Shown piece after piece: positions 12,011 through 24,231 of a stretch of DNA of 64,000 bases. The position numbers and the translations under genes were made by a program. The notes below the pieces were generated by a model. It was not told the origin of the DNA, ran no database searches, and saw nothing but the letters and a program-made list of their open reading frames with translations. Source of the stretch: Macrostomum lignano (Eukaryota); contig NIVC01001763.1 of the NCBI GenBank assembly GCA_002269645.1, forward strand, positions 1 through 64,000. The letters are read 5' to 3'. The first letter of the stretch is position 1. Every line of letters starts with the position of its first letter.

Positions 12011-13668
12011 ATGCCGCCCTGTCTGTTGCTGCTTTTATTGCTTCTACTGCCGCTTCTATTGTCTGCCGCGGTGGTGAATTTCTACCTGCTCCCGGCCGGC
12101 CATCCCCGCTGCCGCGGCGCTGCCAGCCGGCTTCGCTGCTTGGACCAGAGTCTGCTCCTAGGAGCGGACGCCAATCCGGACGAGACTCTGCTTGACGCCT
12201 TCCTGTTGTGCAACAACAGCTGGGCGGCTCTCGGCTGTCAGCGCGATGACGTCGGGCGCCTGGCTTGGCGACTCGCCTTCCGCCTGTCCGGCGTGCCCTG
12301 CGGCCACCGGTTCGTCCTGGCCTCGGCCTCGGCCAGCCCGCTGCTCGGACAGTCGCTAGTTGGCAGCCCGCCCGACCGGCTGGCAGAGTTCACCTGCCGA
12401 TCGCACGCCTACCCGGTTGTGTACCGGCCGCGATACAGGTGAGGCTGGTTCTGGCAATACCTGATCCTAGTTTTGAAGCAAGTTTTGGCCTTCACACAAA
12501 TCCTACTTAGCATTCACACAAATCCTACTTGGCATTCACGCAAACCCTGCGTGGCATTCACGCAAATCCTACTTGGCATTCACGCAAATCCTGCTTGGCA
12601 TTCACACAAATCCTGCTTGGCATTCACGCAAATCCTGCTTGGCATTCACGCAAATCCTGCTTGGCATTCACGCAAATCCTGCTTGGCATTCACACAAATC
12701 CTACTTGGCATTCACGCAAATCCTGCTTGGCATTCACGCAAATCCTACTTAGAATTCACACAAATCCTGCTTGGCATTCACGCAAATCCTGCTTGGCATT
12801 CACGCAAATCCTACTTAGCATTCACGCAAATCCTGCTTGGCATTCACGCAAATCCTACTTGGCATTCACACAAATCCTGCTTGGAATTCACGCAAATCCT
12901 ACTTGGTATTCACGCAAATCCTACTTGGCATTCACGCAAATCCTGCTTAGCATTCACATAAATCCTGCTGAGCATTCACATAAATCGTACTTAGCATTCA
13001 CACAAATCCTGCTTAGCATTCACATAAATCCTAATTAGCATTCACACAAATCCTTTGTCAAACTGAGTAGCTCCAACAAACTGTCACCTTGAAATACTTT
13101 CTGCATTGTCTTTCTGTATTCTACCCTCCATCGCGCCTCCCCCTGCCTCTGCAGATTCACCAGCCTCACCTGGCACCGCACTGCGCCGGACCGTCCCGGC
13201 AAAGGCAGCGACGGAGCCTCCGTGGCCCTCTCGCCGTCGCCACCGTCTCCAGCGTCCTCGCCTTTCGTGACCCGAATCTCCGTTCACGTCTACGCAGAGT
13301 TCAGAGCCGACGTGTCCACCGCCGCTGAGCGGGCCTTCCTCTGCGAGAGTCGCGGTGGCTTCTGGTGCGGCGGCGGCAGCAGTCTGGAATGCGTGTACAG
13401 CACGCACCGCTGCAACGGACTGGACGACTGCTTTAACAGCAACAGAGGCAGCAATAGCAGCGGCACTCGGAGAAGCAATTCTACTTCATTAATCTCGTCA
13501 GATGAAGCCGATTGTCGCTATGACAACGGCGAAGCTTCGGGTTTGTTTAGCGACGGCATTTGGCGACCAAACCGGTCAGCTGTGTTGAGTGGCTGCCCCG
13601 CCTGCCTGCTGCTCGCTCTGGCGGCGTTGTGCAGCTCACTGCAATCAGCTCTGCTCACCTTGGAGTGA
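12011..13668 (+). CDS. Secreted or membrane-anchored protein with a CUB-like region and one LDL-receptor class A domain; 2 exons, 313 aa
   Basis: join(12011..12438,13155..13668), AG|gtgagg...ctgcag|A, in frame. Leu-rich signal peptide MPPCLLLLLLLLLPLLLSA. LDLa motif C-ESRGG-FWC...C-VYSTHR-CNGLDDC...SDEADC has all six Cys. The C-terminus is hydrophobic (CLLLALAALCSSLQSALLTLE). The CUB call is weak. Confidence 0.85.
12483..13052. repeat. Intronic 22-bp minisatellite, ~26 copies
   Basis: Unit TTGGCATTCACGCAAATCCTGC fills most of the LDLa-gene intron. Confidence 0.95.
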
Positions 13669-13693
13669 CCTTCGGCCGTGACTTATTGTTGAC

Positions 13694-14150
13694 CCACGTT
13701 GAAAAATTAGGTGTGACCCAGCTTGACCCAGATATGAAACCCTAGTATAACCCGGCTTGACCCAGATATGAAATTTTGGCGTGACCCAGTTTGACCCAGA
13801 TATGAAACTCTGGCGTGACCCAGTTTGACCCAGATATGAAACTCTGGTGTGACCCAGCTTGACTAAGATATGAAACCCTGGTGTGACCCAGCTTGACTAA
13901 GATATGAAACCCTGGTGTGACCCAGCTTGACTAAGATATGAAACCCTGGTGTGACCCAGTTTGACCCAGATATGAAGCCTGGTGTGACCCAGCTTGACTC
14001 AGATATGAAGCCTGGTGTGACCCAGCTTGACTAAGATATGAAACCCTGGTGTGACCCAGTTTGACCCAGATATGAAGCCTGGTGTGACCCAGCTTGACTC
14101 AGATATGAAGCCTAGTGTGACCCAGTTTGACCCAGATATGAAACCCGGTT
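13694..14150. repeat. 34-bp minisatellite just downstream of the stop codon, ~13 copies
   Basis: Unit GACCCAGATATGAAACCCTGGTGTGACCCAGCTT. Confidence 0.95.
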
Positions 14151-15082
14151 GTAACGCAGTTAGACACAGTAGTACGTAGCCACGTGTATCTCTCTATTAA
14201 TCAATCTAGTGCCTGTACTTCTCCTTGGATTCACAATGCTAATTGGTGACACAAAATTCAGTCATTTTTCACGGCAACTAGATAGTTATATACATGTAAT
14301 AGTAGAGATTTCCGCAACAAGTCTGCTTTTTCACTGCAATGATTTTGTTGTTGAAGCCTGCCCGCAGCGCTTTCGGTTCCATGTTTTATAAAAGCATACG
14401 AAATGTATCGTTCTGTGTTTGTTGGCACCGTTATGCCCCTCTGCTTATTGTCATGCAATAGTTTCCTATGGTTATTGCTAAATACATATTTCGCCATACC
14501 AGTGTATATATTTCAAAGCCTTTCGTTTCTCTCTGATTTTATATGCCCAGCAAAGTGTAGTAAAGATTGCTGCTGTTTCGGCCAGGAAGCCGCAAGCAGA
14601 AGCAGAAGAAATGGGTGAATGGGTTGGGGGAGGGGATTTTAATGAATTCTCAGGTGTCAATCAGCGGGTGAAATCCACTAGCTAGGCTGCTTCCTCCGCA
14701 CTGTGCTTGTGCTGCACTCTGCTTTTAAAATTCCGCTTTCAGTCTTCTTTATACCACGAGACGGGCCAAATGCCTCTTTCATACCTTTCTATTGCATATT
14801 ATGTAACCCAGTAGGGCCCCGACCCGACCCCGAAGGGAAAAATTTCCTCTCGTGGCTATGAAAGCAAATCCTCATTCCCCCCTCTCTCTCCTTCCCTATT
14901 CCCCTCTCTTCTCTACTCAGTTTGCTCAGCATTTGACCCTTAGGGCCACGTGTGCGCGGTTAATGAGATTGCAATCAAACTCTGCAGTGATGCAATTATT
15001 AGGCAGAACCGATGCTCCGTTGGATTAATGGAGTCTTGACCTTTCAGATTAAGGATTAGGGCACAGTATTATTGAGATCAAG

Positions 15083-15630
15083 TCCTCCCAAGCACAATAT
15101 TAGCGGCGTCATGTCCTCCCCAAGCACAATATTAGCGGGGTCATGTCCTCCCCAAGCACAATATTAGCGGGGTCATGTCCTCTCAAAGCACAATCTTAGC
15201 GGAGTCATGTCCTCCCAAGCACAATCTTAGCGGGGTCATGTCCTCCCCAAGCACAATATTAGCGGGGTCATGTCCTCCCCAAGCACAATATTAGCGGGGT
15301 CATGTCCTCTCAAAGCACAATCTTAGCGGAGTCATGTCCTCCCAAGCACAATATTAGCGGGGTCATGTCCTCCCCAAGCACAATCTTAGCGGGGTCATGT
15401 CCTCCCAAGCAACAATATTAGCGGGGTCATGTTCTCCCCAAGCACAATATTAGCGGGGTCATGTCCTCCCCAAGCACAATATTAGCGGGGGCATGTCCTC
15501 CCCAAGCACAATATTAGCGGGGTCATGTCCTCCCCAAGCACAATATTAGCGGGGTCATGTCCTCCCCAAGCACAATCTTAGCGGAGTCATGTCCTCCCCA
15601 AGCACAATATTAGCGGGGTCAACTTCCCCA
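15083..15630. repeat. 31-32-bp minisatellite, ~17 copies
   Basis: Unit TCCTCCCCAAGCACAATATTAGCGGGGTCATG. Confidence 0.95.
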
Positions 15631-17430
15631 AGCGCAATCCGACAAAAAACACAGGAATCTCTTTAAAAATAAGATAAAATTACATGAAAATGACATGAAA
15701 TCATGATGAAAATCGTTTTATCCGTTTTTTTATTCGATTGCATAGCTACCGACAAACCATTTTTTAGTATATAGGCAGGATTATTAGGTTATTAGATTGT
15801 TGTGAGGGAATTTATGCAAAATTTATTCAGAAGAATTTTTCCTAAGAGCGAATGGGAGAGTTTCGACAATGCCTGCTCTTGCACACCTGGGGGTTTTATC
15901 AAACAACCCATTCTTCCCCGTTTGTAGCGATCAGTGGGAATTCGGTTTAAAAAAAGTTGAATATTGCAATGCTGATGCAGAAACGATGAATACTTTTTTA
16001 TTATTTCTTCGCGGTAGGGGTCATGACAGCATTGGATGGGTCTTCAGCAGGATTATTATGACCTCCTAAGGCGAAGCAAAATATCTTCGCGCAGCTTTTT
16101 ACCGTCATAAATTTCTATCTTACTTGACGCTTTATGTTCCCAGTTTAGTCCGAAGTGGCTACAGATGGGGGCTTATGCTTTTTTATTGCTTCTCTGGTGG
16201 AAAAAATCCTAAAAATTTTCTTGGTTGCCTATATGCAATTAATTCTGTCCCATGTCTTAAAGGGTAATGGAAAATCAGCATAGGTATATTGTCATTGCTG
16301 TACCATAGCCCTTAATCACAGGAATGAATATACAATAGTATAAGTTTTTTTCCAACCATCTACAAGCCCCTGCATCCACTGCTAGGTCTAAAAAAATTAA
16401 AATTTCTACTTAATAGATAAATATTGTATTTACGGTAAGTTACCGTGTTCACTTACGGTAAACACGTAAAGTGTATTTACGGGAGGGCTTCGGCGACATC
16501 ATCTCAACCAGCGCTGGGGCAATTCTGCCCATTTCGCACTCATACACACGCTGCGGTACTCTGTACTTTAGCATCAGGAACTGGCTGTAAATAATATATA
16601 TATATATATAACACGTAGTAAAACGTGTGGATTAAATGGTTTTGTTGGCAGTCTTTTGGCACTGCAAGCGTTCAATGTATTCATAAAGCGCAAAAATCAG
16701 GCAAAAAAGTTTGTCTATGGTAAAAAGTCCTGTGGCGCAGCAGACTTCTGGGAGCAGCAATTTCATCATTTAGCTAGGTCCTACTATATTTTCTGTAAAC
16801 TTTGACTCATTTTCTATGATTGTTACGGGCCTTTATGTCTTCTCTGACTTTTTTCTCTCTTTAAGTAGAATAAGAAGGTCCCGCGCGCACCGCTGCACCT
16901 CCCAGATCTCGTCACGGTTCATTTGCTCACTAGATCGATTTTGCCGCACAGTTCGAAACTACGCTGCTTGTAGGAGGGAGGGGGGTCTCCCTAGTTTCTC
17001 CCATCGAACTCGGCGAGAGTCGCAGCTATATAGTGTGGGATTTGCAGTAGTTACTGGGGACAGGAAGGCTGGGAATATCAATTTAGTCTAGCGGATGAAG
17101 CTGCCTTGTGCAGCCTCTCTATATGGGAATAAATCGAAAAAAAATCCATCAGTGTGTGTATGTGGAGCCCATGGCGTGCCTTCAAAACTATGCTCATCTG
17201 CTCAAAGAGAATGCTCTCGAATGTCACTATACCGATAGCGATCAATTGAATTTACTTGAATATCGAGTCTGTTATAGTGTGTTGTTAACAACCCTTTGTC
17301 TTGTTTCTTGTCCATCAACGCTCTTTGAAGAGAGTGAAATCCAATATAATTGAGGATAGTCTCTACCCACAGTCAAGTTTTACGAGTATCTCTAGTTAGG
17401 TAAGAGTTAGGATCAGGTTCTAAAAACAAA

Positions 17431-17643
17431 GGGCTTGTCAACTTAAGCCCTTTAAAGTGGAGCCGCCCGGGACTCTTCTTTATGAGTTTCAGTTGACAAA
17501 AAAGTCCCTAACTTATTTACAAGTCTATTTTTTGTCACTTTTTCGCCAAGCCCAGCTTTCTGGTGGCACTGTGAGCAGAATGACATATCATTTGTGTACA
17601 TAAGTTTCTCGGGCTCCACTTTATGAGCTAAAGTTGACAGGCC
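17431..17643. mobile_element. Probable small MITE (~210 bp) with ~35-bp imperfect inverted ends
   Basis: GGGCTTGTCAACTTAAGCCCTTTAAAGTGGAGCC versus GGCTCCACTTTATGAGCTAAAGTTGACAGGCC. No clear TSD. Confidence 0.45.
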
Positions 17644-17676
17644 TTTTCAGTCCGGTTCTGCTGTTATTTAGTTTGT

Positions 17677-17808
17677 GTGTCTGAGTGCTCAGATTTGATG
17701 TGGTTGTCTGAGTGCTCAGATTTGATGTGGTTGTCTGAGTGCTCAGATTTGAGTTGGTTATTTGAGTGCTCAGATTTGAGTTGGTTGTCTGAGTGCTCAG
17801 ATTTGAGT
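17677..17808. repeat. 27-bp tandem repeat with palindromic core, ~5 copies
   Basis: GTCTGAGTGCTCAGATTTGATGTGGTT; the core TCTGAGTGCTCAGA is a near-perfect palindrome. Confidence 0.9.
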
Positions 17809-18772
17809 CGAGCTAGACAAGCATATTATAAATAATACGTTCTAGAAGTTGCAAGAACTGTTTTGCCACTAACAGCCCATATACTCGGTAGACGCAAAAA
17901 CATTTCGTGCCGCTCCTCCTGTCCTTACTGTATTGGAGAATCCCACAAGCTTTACTTCATTATCGCCTCGCCACATGCCTCTATTTGCATAAATAATCTC
18001 ATCATTTATTGCTAGTATTTTAACTATGCTCTGACTCTCTCTATCGCAGCCAATTGTTATTTTCCAGAAATATCTAGAATTGAGGGTCAGTTCTGCTCGC
18101 TTCCCCAATATTTTTATTCCCCAAACGCTGGCCTGTCTGTCAAAGCAGAGTCCAATCTAGACAGAATCCCAGACTCAGCATTGGGATATCGCTTGGAGAT
18201 TTTCATCCCATAAGCTCAGGATGCATTTCTCAGAGGCTTTTTCTCTCATCTGGATTAAAAAACACTGTTAGAAATGGGCGCGGGGCCAATCCCTTGGGCT
18301 GATCCTCTCGGATCCCGAGCTCGTCCTTGATCACCCTGCTCTCTATGCTAATGGCTAGGGTGGTCGGGTGACCGAGGGGGGACTCTTGATGAGTTGGCTG
18401 ATGGATGACGGATGATGGCTGACTTTGGGAGGGGCATTGCAGCTTTGTCAGCCATCTTTTTGCTTCATTATCTTTTCGTGTAATAGGAATAGGCGTTAAC
18501 TGCGCGTTGAGCTCAGAAATCTGGGAGTTCAGAGTCTTAAGGGGTGGAACAGCTCGGCGGTAAACGAGTCTGACTTTTCTGGCAGGCCCTTTGACTTTCT
18601 TATTATCGCCAGGATGTACAGACTCCGGGCCTCAGGGGTTGACTCTCTAAAATCAATTTAATATTGAAGATTGCAGGAAAACTAAGAAAAACCCAAATTC
18701 TAGTGCGTGTGCAAAGTGCGAGTTTATTTGTTTCTCTTTTGTGCATGTGTCCGACTTTCGCCTCTTTTTTCG

Positions 18773-18910
18773 CTGCTCTCTCATTGGCTGAGCTAGATTG
18801 GGCCTGCCCTCTAGTCTGTGTTTCGTCTGTTTAACTTTGACCTCTCTCCTTACTGCTCTCTCATTGGCTGAGCTAGATTGGGCCTGCCCCCTAGTCTGAG
18901 TTTCGTCCGT
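18773..18910 (+). promoter_or_regulatory. Duplicated ~58-bp module, each copy with two inverted CCAAT boxes, upstream of the zinc-finger gene
   Basis: CTCTCTCATTGGCTGAGCTAGATTGGGCCTGCCC.CTAGTCTG occurs twice, 80 bp apart, giving four ATTGG motifs. It lies ~350-470 bp before the ATG at 19250. Confidence 0.45.
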
Positions 18911-19249
18911 CTTGCAGTCACTTGTGTACATCGAATTAAATGAATAACTTGCTGTTCCTTCATAACCCCAGGCCCACAAGCCCGTAGGAAGAAGCTTAAT
19001 TTTTAGCTGCGACACTAAATTTTAAGTGACAATGCGCAGATAAACTACTGACTACTGCAAGGGACCCTAATTTATTGATAAAGGGTCCCTTGCGTACGCA
19101 TCCGGGTGGGTGCTCCTCTGTGTCTATGGCAGCGCATCCCATACCAGTGACTTATTTAAACAACTTTTGCCGTTTCTGCTCAAGCTGCAAATCTGTTAAA
19201 ATAACAAAGTACCCTAATTTGAAGACTATTTCAATTCTAACTACCCGAA

Positions 19250-21275
19250 ATGAGCAGTCGGAAGTCGCAGTTGCGGCCCATTGAGGAGCCTGAAGTGGAG
19301 ATTGTATTTGACGACTTCGCCTACCCCGGCTTTGGCGCCGGCGGCGGCGGCGGCGGCGGGGGCCCCGGCTGCAACGACGAAGAGTTCAACAGGCTGCTGG
19401 ACAACTTGAAGCACCGGTTCGCCCCCAGGGCCGGAGCTGCCACCTACCTGTCTTTGTCCGGCGGGCCGCAGGTCCGCACCGGCCGCGGCTCTCGCATGCT
19501 GGTCAAGGAGGAGCCGCTCGATGTTGCGACACCCACCGCGGTGTCGGCGGCTGCGAGCTCTGGCGGTGGCCGACGTATTGTCGGGGCGAACTCGGCGGCT
19601 GCTGCTGCGGCGGCTGCGGCTGCGGCCGAAGCGGCGGAGGCGGCGGCTGCGGTTGACTCGGTGGACGACGCCGCCGTGGACTCGCTGTTCACCCTGGCCG
19701 GCCAGGAGGTTGTGGTCACCTCGGCCGCCACAGACGACGAACTCGACGAGCTGGAAGAGATCGTTGCCGACGAGGACGACGACGGCGCCGGCAGCGGAGC
19801 GGCTCTGATGCGCGCCGGCCGCGGCAGCAACGCGCCAACGCTGAACTCGACCATCTCCCGGCTGGCCAACTACCTGTCCGACAAGCACGGCCAGGACTTC
19901 GGCCCCGTCAGCGCTGCCATACAGAAGACCGCCGCCGCTGCCGCTGCCGCCTCTACCAGTCGGCCTTCGCAGCAGCAGCAGCAGCAGACGGTCATGGCAG
20001 CGTCAGCGTCCCCAGCTGCTTCAACCCTGCTGATGAGCCGCCAGCAGCAGCAACAGCAGCAGCAGTTCCAGCAGCAGCAACGCCAGCTGCTTCAGCAGCA
20101 CCAGCAGCACCAGCACCAGCGAGCATCGGTGGCCGTGGTTCGCGCTCGAATGCTCAGCATGGACCGGGAGAAGCGCTTCTCCTGCTACGTCTGCCAGCGC
20201 CGGTTCCACCTGTTTGCCCACCTGCGCAATCACCTGGAGACGCACACGGGAGAAAAGCCGTACGTGTGCAAGCAGTGCGGCAAAAGCTTCGCCACGCCGA
20301 CCAGCTTGAAGCGCCACCTGCCGGTGCACCACTCGGACAAGAAGCACCAGTGCGCAGTGTGCGCCAAGACCTACGCCAACCAGGGCTATCTGAAGGTGCG
20401 TGTCGAGTTCAATTTTACACGTGTCACTAATGACATGCATTGTGAAGGGGTTATCAACTTGGGCACCTGAGTGGACCGCTGAAGTAAAGATCCCGTCTAC
20501 TCCCATCTAATTAACTCCCCCTAGATTCGCCCTCCCCTAGATTCGCCCTCCCTAGAGTCGCCCTCCCTTAAAGTTGCCCTCCCTAGAGTTACTCTCCCCT
20601 AGAGTCGCCCTCCCTTAAAGTTGCCCTCCCTAGAGTTACTCTCCCCTAGAGTCGCTCTCTCCTAGATTCGCCCTCCCTAGATTCGCCCTCCCCTAGATTC
20701 GCTCTCTCCTAGATTCGCCCTCCCTAGAGTCGCCCTCCCCTAAAGTTGCCCTCCCCTAGATTCGCCCTCCCTAGATTCACCCTCTCCTAGATTCGCCCAC
20801 CCTAGAGTCGCCCTCTCCTGTATTGAGAATACTACGGTAGTCATGATTTAAGGCTGTTTTTATTTTTGTTTTCGTTCATATCCGTTGCGAGTCTTGCGAC
20901 TACTAACAAGTAGGCTGATTTGGGTCCACCGCGTGCCCGCAGGTGCACATGCGAATACACCGTGACGAGAAGCCGTTCGACTGCGAGCTCTGCGGCCGGG
21001 CCTTCCGCCAGCTCGCCCACCTCAACCATCACCTGCTGACCCACACGGGCGACAAGCCGCACAAGTGCGACCTGTGCGGCCAGCGCTTCCGCCAGGCCAA
21101 CACCCTGGAGGACCACATGCGACTGCACACTGGCGAGCGGCCGCACGTGTGCCAGATCTGCGGCAAGAGTTTCACGCACCGGCTGAGCCTCAAGCTGCAC
21201 ATGAAATACCACGTGGTTGACGTTGAGCGAAAACCGGAGATTACCGCCGACGAAATCGAAATTATCACCGTTTGA
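19250..21275 (+). CDS. C2H2 (Kruppel-type) zinc-finger transcription factor with six fingers; 2 exons, 492 aa
   Basis: join(19250..20395,20943..21275), AAG|gtgcgt...ccgcag|GTG, phase 0, which completes finger 3 (CAVC...YLK|VHMRIH). TGEKP/TGDKP/TGERP linkers. The N-terminus is acidic with poly-Ala and poly-Gln. Confidence 0.93.
20515..20818. repeat. Intronic 16-17-bp minisatellite
   Basis: Unit CCCTAGATTCGCCCTC(C) within the zinc-finger gene intron. Confidence 0.92.
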
Positions 21276-21334
21276 TTCTAGTTCGTAGCTTGCAAAGCAA
21301 CCGCTTCCCGCTTGACAACCTTCTCTAGACTATT

Positions 21335-21590
21335 GCAGCTGGATAGCAACCGCATAGCAACCACTTATAGCTGCGTAAACCTGCGTTGAAACCATACAGA
21401 AACAGGTAAGGAACCACGTAGAAACAGCATAGCAACCACATAGAAACAGCATAGCAACCACGTAGAAACAGCATAGCAACCACATAGAAACAGCATAGCA
21501 ACCACATAGAAACAGCATTGCAACCACATAGAAACAGCATAGCAACCACATAGAAACAGCATTGCACCACATAGAAACAGCATAGCAACC
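21335..21590. repeat. 22-bp minisatellite in the probable 3' UTR
   Basis: Unit AGAAACAGCATAGCAACCACAT. Confidence 0.9.
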
Positions 21591-21967
21591 ACACAAAAAC
21601 ACACACAACCAACCACAAGAACCCTGAGCCATATTTTGCAGACATTTTCGCCCTCATCAATAGCCACTACTCTACTCTGTAAAGACAGTCGAACTTTTGT
21701 GTGCGTTTATCTGTTTGTCCTAATTGGAACTGTTTGGTTCTGTTAGTTCTATACTGGTACAGCAGCTCCGCTGTACTCTCGGTGTACATGTTTTCTCTTG
21801 TTTTTCTTGTATAATTATTTTTGCACCGCAATGCGTCCGCTTGATCTGACAATGCTCTCTGCTAGCCTGGCTCAGTGCTTGTGTTATCGTTTTATTATTA
21901 CTAGTAGTAGTATGTACCGCCTAACTCAATTTAAACTTGCTCTGGCTTAGAAAGATCTCTATAATAC

Positions 21968-21977
21968 AATAAATAAA
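21968..21977 (+). terminator. Candidate polyadenylation signals of the zinc-finger gene
   Basis: Overlapping AATAAATAAA ~700 bp after the stop codon. Confidence 0.4.
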
Positions 21978-23244
21978 GAAGCGTATTTAATACCTGTATA
22001 TATATTACTAACGAGTAGTAGGCAGTGCTTTTATTTGTCTGCACATAAATCCAGTGTTAGCGCTACGTACCCCATTCTGCAGCTTATATATATAAACCTT
22101 GTTTTTTTGCTATTTTTCTGCCCTGACAAATGTCACTTTGTACGCGTTTACTCGGTCCTCAATTTAAAAGTTCCTTTCAATTCCTCTCCCCCGCGTTGTC
22201 ACCTCCCCGCCCGGCCGGTCTGTTTCTGATCTTTCACGAGGGGGGGGGGTTGCTTGTTTGTAAAAAACTGTCAATAAAAACCAAAATGCCCTTCGGGGGC
22301 AGAGACGGCCGGTATTTATTTGACTGTGCAACAAAAATTAAAGCTAAATGCGCTTCAATCTTGGCTCGCACTACTTATCAGTAGAGTAGCGCCAGTATGA
22401 ATGGCGGAGAAAATTGTGGCGAGGGCGTGGCCGCCTCTGGCACTGCGGAGAGGCCGCGGGGAGGCCGAGTTTCGAAGCGACAATCGTCAGTGGTTCAACT
22501 GCTGATACGCGGGGGACTCGGAGCTCGAACTGGCGACGGTATTAGCAGCGGAATCACCGGCGATAATCACTGCTAATCACTTCGAGTATTCAGGGGGGAG
22601 AGGGGATTAAAGAGGCCAAGCAACTCACCGAGTGGACGGCAGCAGGCAGAGGCTACTAAATCATATATAACTGTATTTCTTTGTTCGTTTGCAACGCACC
22701 TGGGACACCTGGGCACCCTGCTCCCGTCCCGGTTGTCAACAAGCAGGAAGAAGCGAACAGGCAGGCCTGCGCCACCGCCCGCTCTGCCTCTTATTTAGGA
22801 GGGCACAAAAGGCAGACGGAGGGGGTGGGTGCAGGTGGGGAGGCTGGAGAGCAGCTTGTTAAAGGAAGGAAGGCTTTGCAGCAACTGACTGAGGCTTCAC
22901 GCATCGAGCTGAATGAGCACAATAATCACGGGGGCGATTGGCTGCTGGGCTCGGGGAAGCTTCATCACTGATCCTCAGTATTTCCTTCTCCCACCTTTCT
23001 TTCTCTCTCCACCCCCCCCTGACTGAGCGGGGGCTGCAGGTGCTACAGGTGAGCATCGGTGCTGCTAGGGGAGCTTCACGCAACTGCGAAGGGGAATTAA
23101 AGCAGAGCTGCGCCGCTTTGTCACCCGCGTGCGTGCAGGCTGCCGACACAGCTCGAAATTGACATCCTGCGATTTCTAGGGCAAGCAGCGGGGCCTCTCC
23201 TTGCTGTTTTATCTCATCATCTGTCAAATGCCTCCCTTTGCCAA

Positions 23245-23870
23245 CTCTCAGATCTCCTCTCCCTATCTCCCAGATCCCTCTCACGATCTCTCAGATCCCC
23301 TCTCCCAATCTCTCAGATCCCCTCTCCCCATCTCTCAGATCCCCTCTCACGATCTCTCAGATCCCTCTTCCCATCTCTCAGATCCCCTCTCACCATCTCT
23401 CAGATCCCTCTCCCCATCTCTCAGCTCCCCTCTCCCATCTCCCAGATCCCTCTCACCATTTCTCAGATCCCTCTCTCATCTCCCAGATCCCTCTCACCAT
23501 CTCTCATATCCCCTCTCCCTATCTCTCAGATCCCCTCTCACCATTTCTCAGATCCCTCTTCCCATCTCTCAGATCCCTTCTCACCTTCTCTCAGATCCCT
23601 CTCCCCATCTCTCAGATCCCTCTCCCATCTCCCAGATCCCTCTCACCATCTCTCAGATCCCCTCTCCCCATCTCTCAGATCCCCTCTCCCATCTCCCAGA
23701 TCCCTCTCACCATCTCTCAGATCCCCTCTCCCATCTCCCAGATCCCTCTCACCATCTCTCAGATCCCCTCTCCCCATCTCTCAGATCCCCTCTCACCATC
23801 TCTCAGATCCCCTCTCCCTATCTCTCAGATCCCTCTCACCATCTCTCAGATCCCCTCTCACCATCTCTCG
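23245..23870. repeat. 22-23-bp pyrimidine-rich minisatellite
   Basis: Unit ATCTCTCAGATCCCCTCTC(A/C)CC. Confidence 0.93.
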
Positions 23871-24231
23871 ATTATCAAATCCTGTCTCTCTCTGTCTCTC
23901 TAGCATCTCTACATTCCCATTCCCAGTCAGCCCGCAGCCTCCTAATTCTCCTTTCTTCCCCTCATTCCAACAGTTTGCAGATCCCCACCCCAGTCGTTTT
24001 AATTTCAATTCACAGAATCCACCCTCAGTAGGATTCTCTCCTGATTTTACCAATCTAATTTTCCATTCAAAAATATAAAAAACCGTCTCAGTGTCTGCGT
24101 TAGAAGAATTAAATTTTTATCAGAGTCTGTTTTTTGAAGCATTTATTAATTGAATGCACATCGATCTGATGCGCGAAGGACGCCTCTGCTGGGTTCTGAT
24201 CAGTCAGTTTCTAAGATACCCGATACAGGAT

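Noticed and set aside
20396-20470. Read-through of the 406-aa ORF past the zinc-finger donor site
   Set aside because: It truncates finger 3; splicing to 20943 restores HxxxH and adds three more fingers.
19241-21268. Long minus-strand ORFs over the zinc-finger exons, and similar shadows over CCDC151, the GPCR and the HPIP-like gene
   Set aside because: Antisense shadows of GC3-rich coding sequence with no recognisable protein features.
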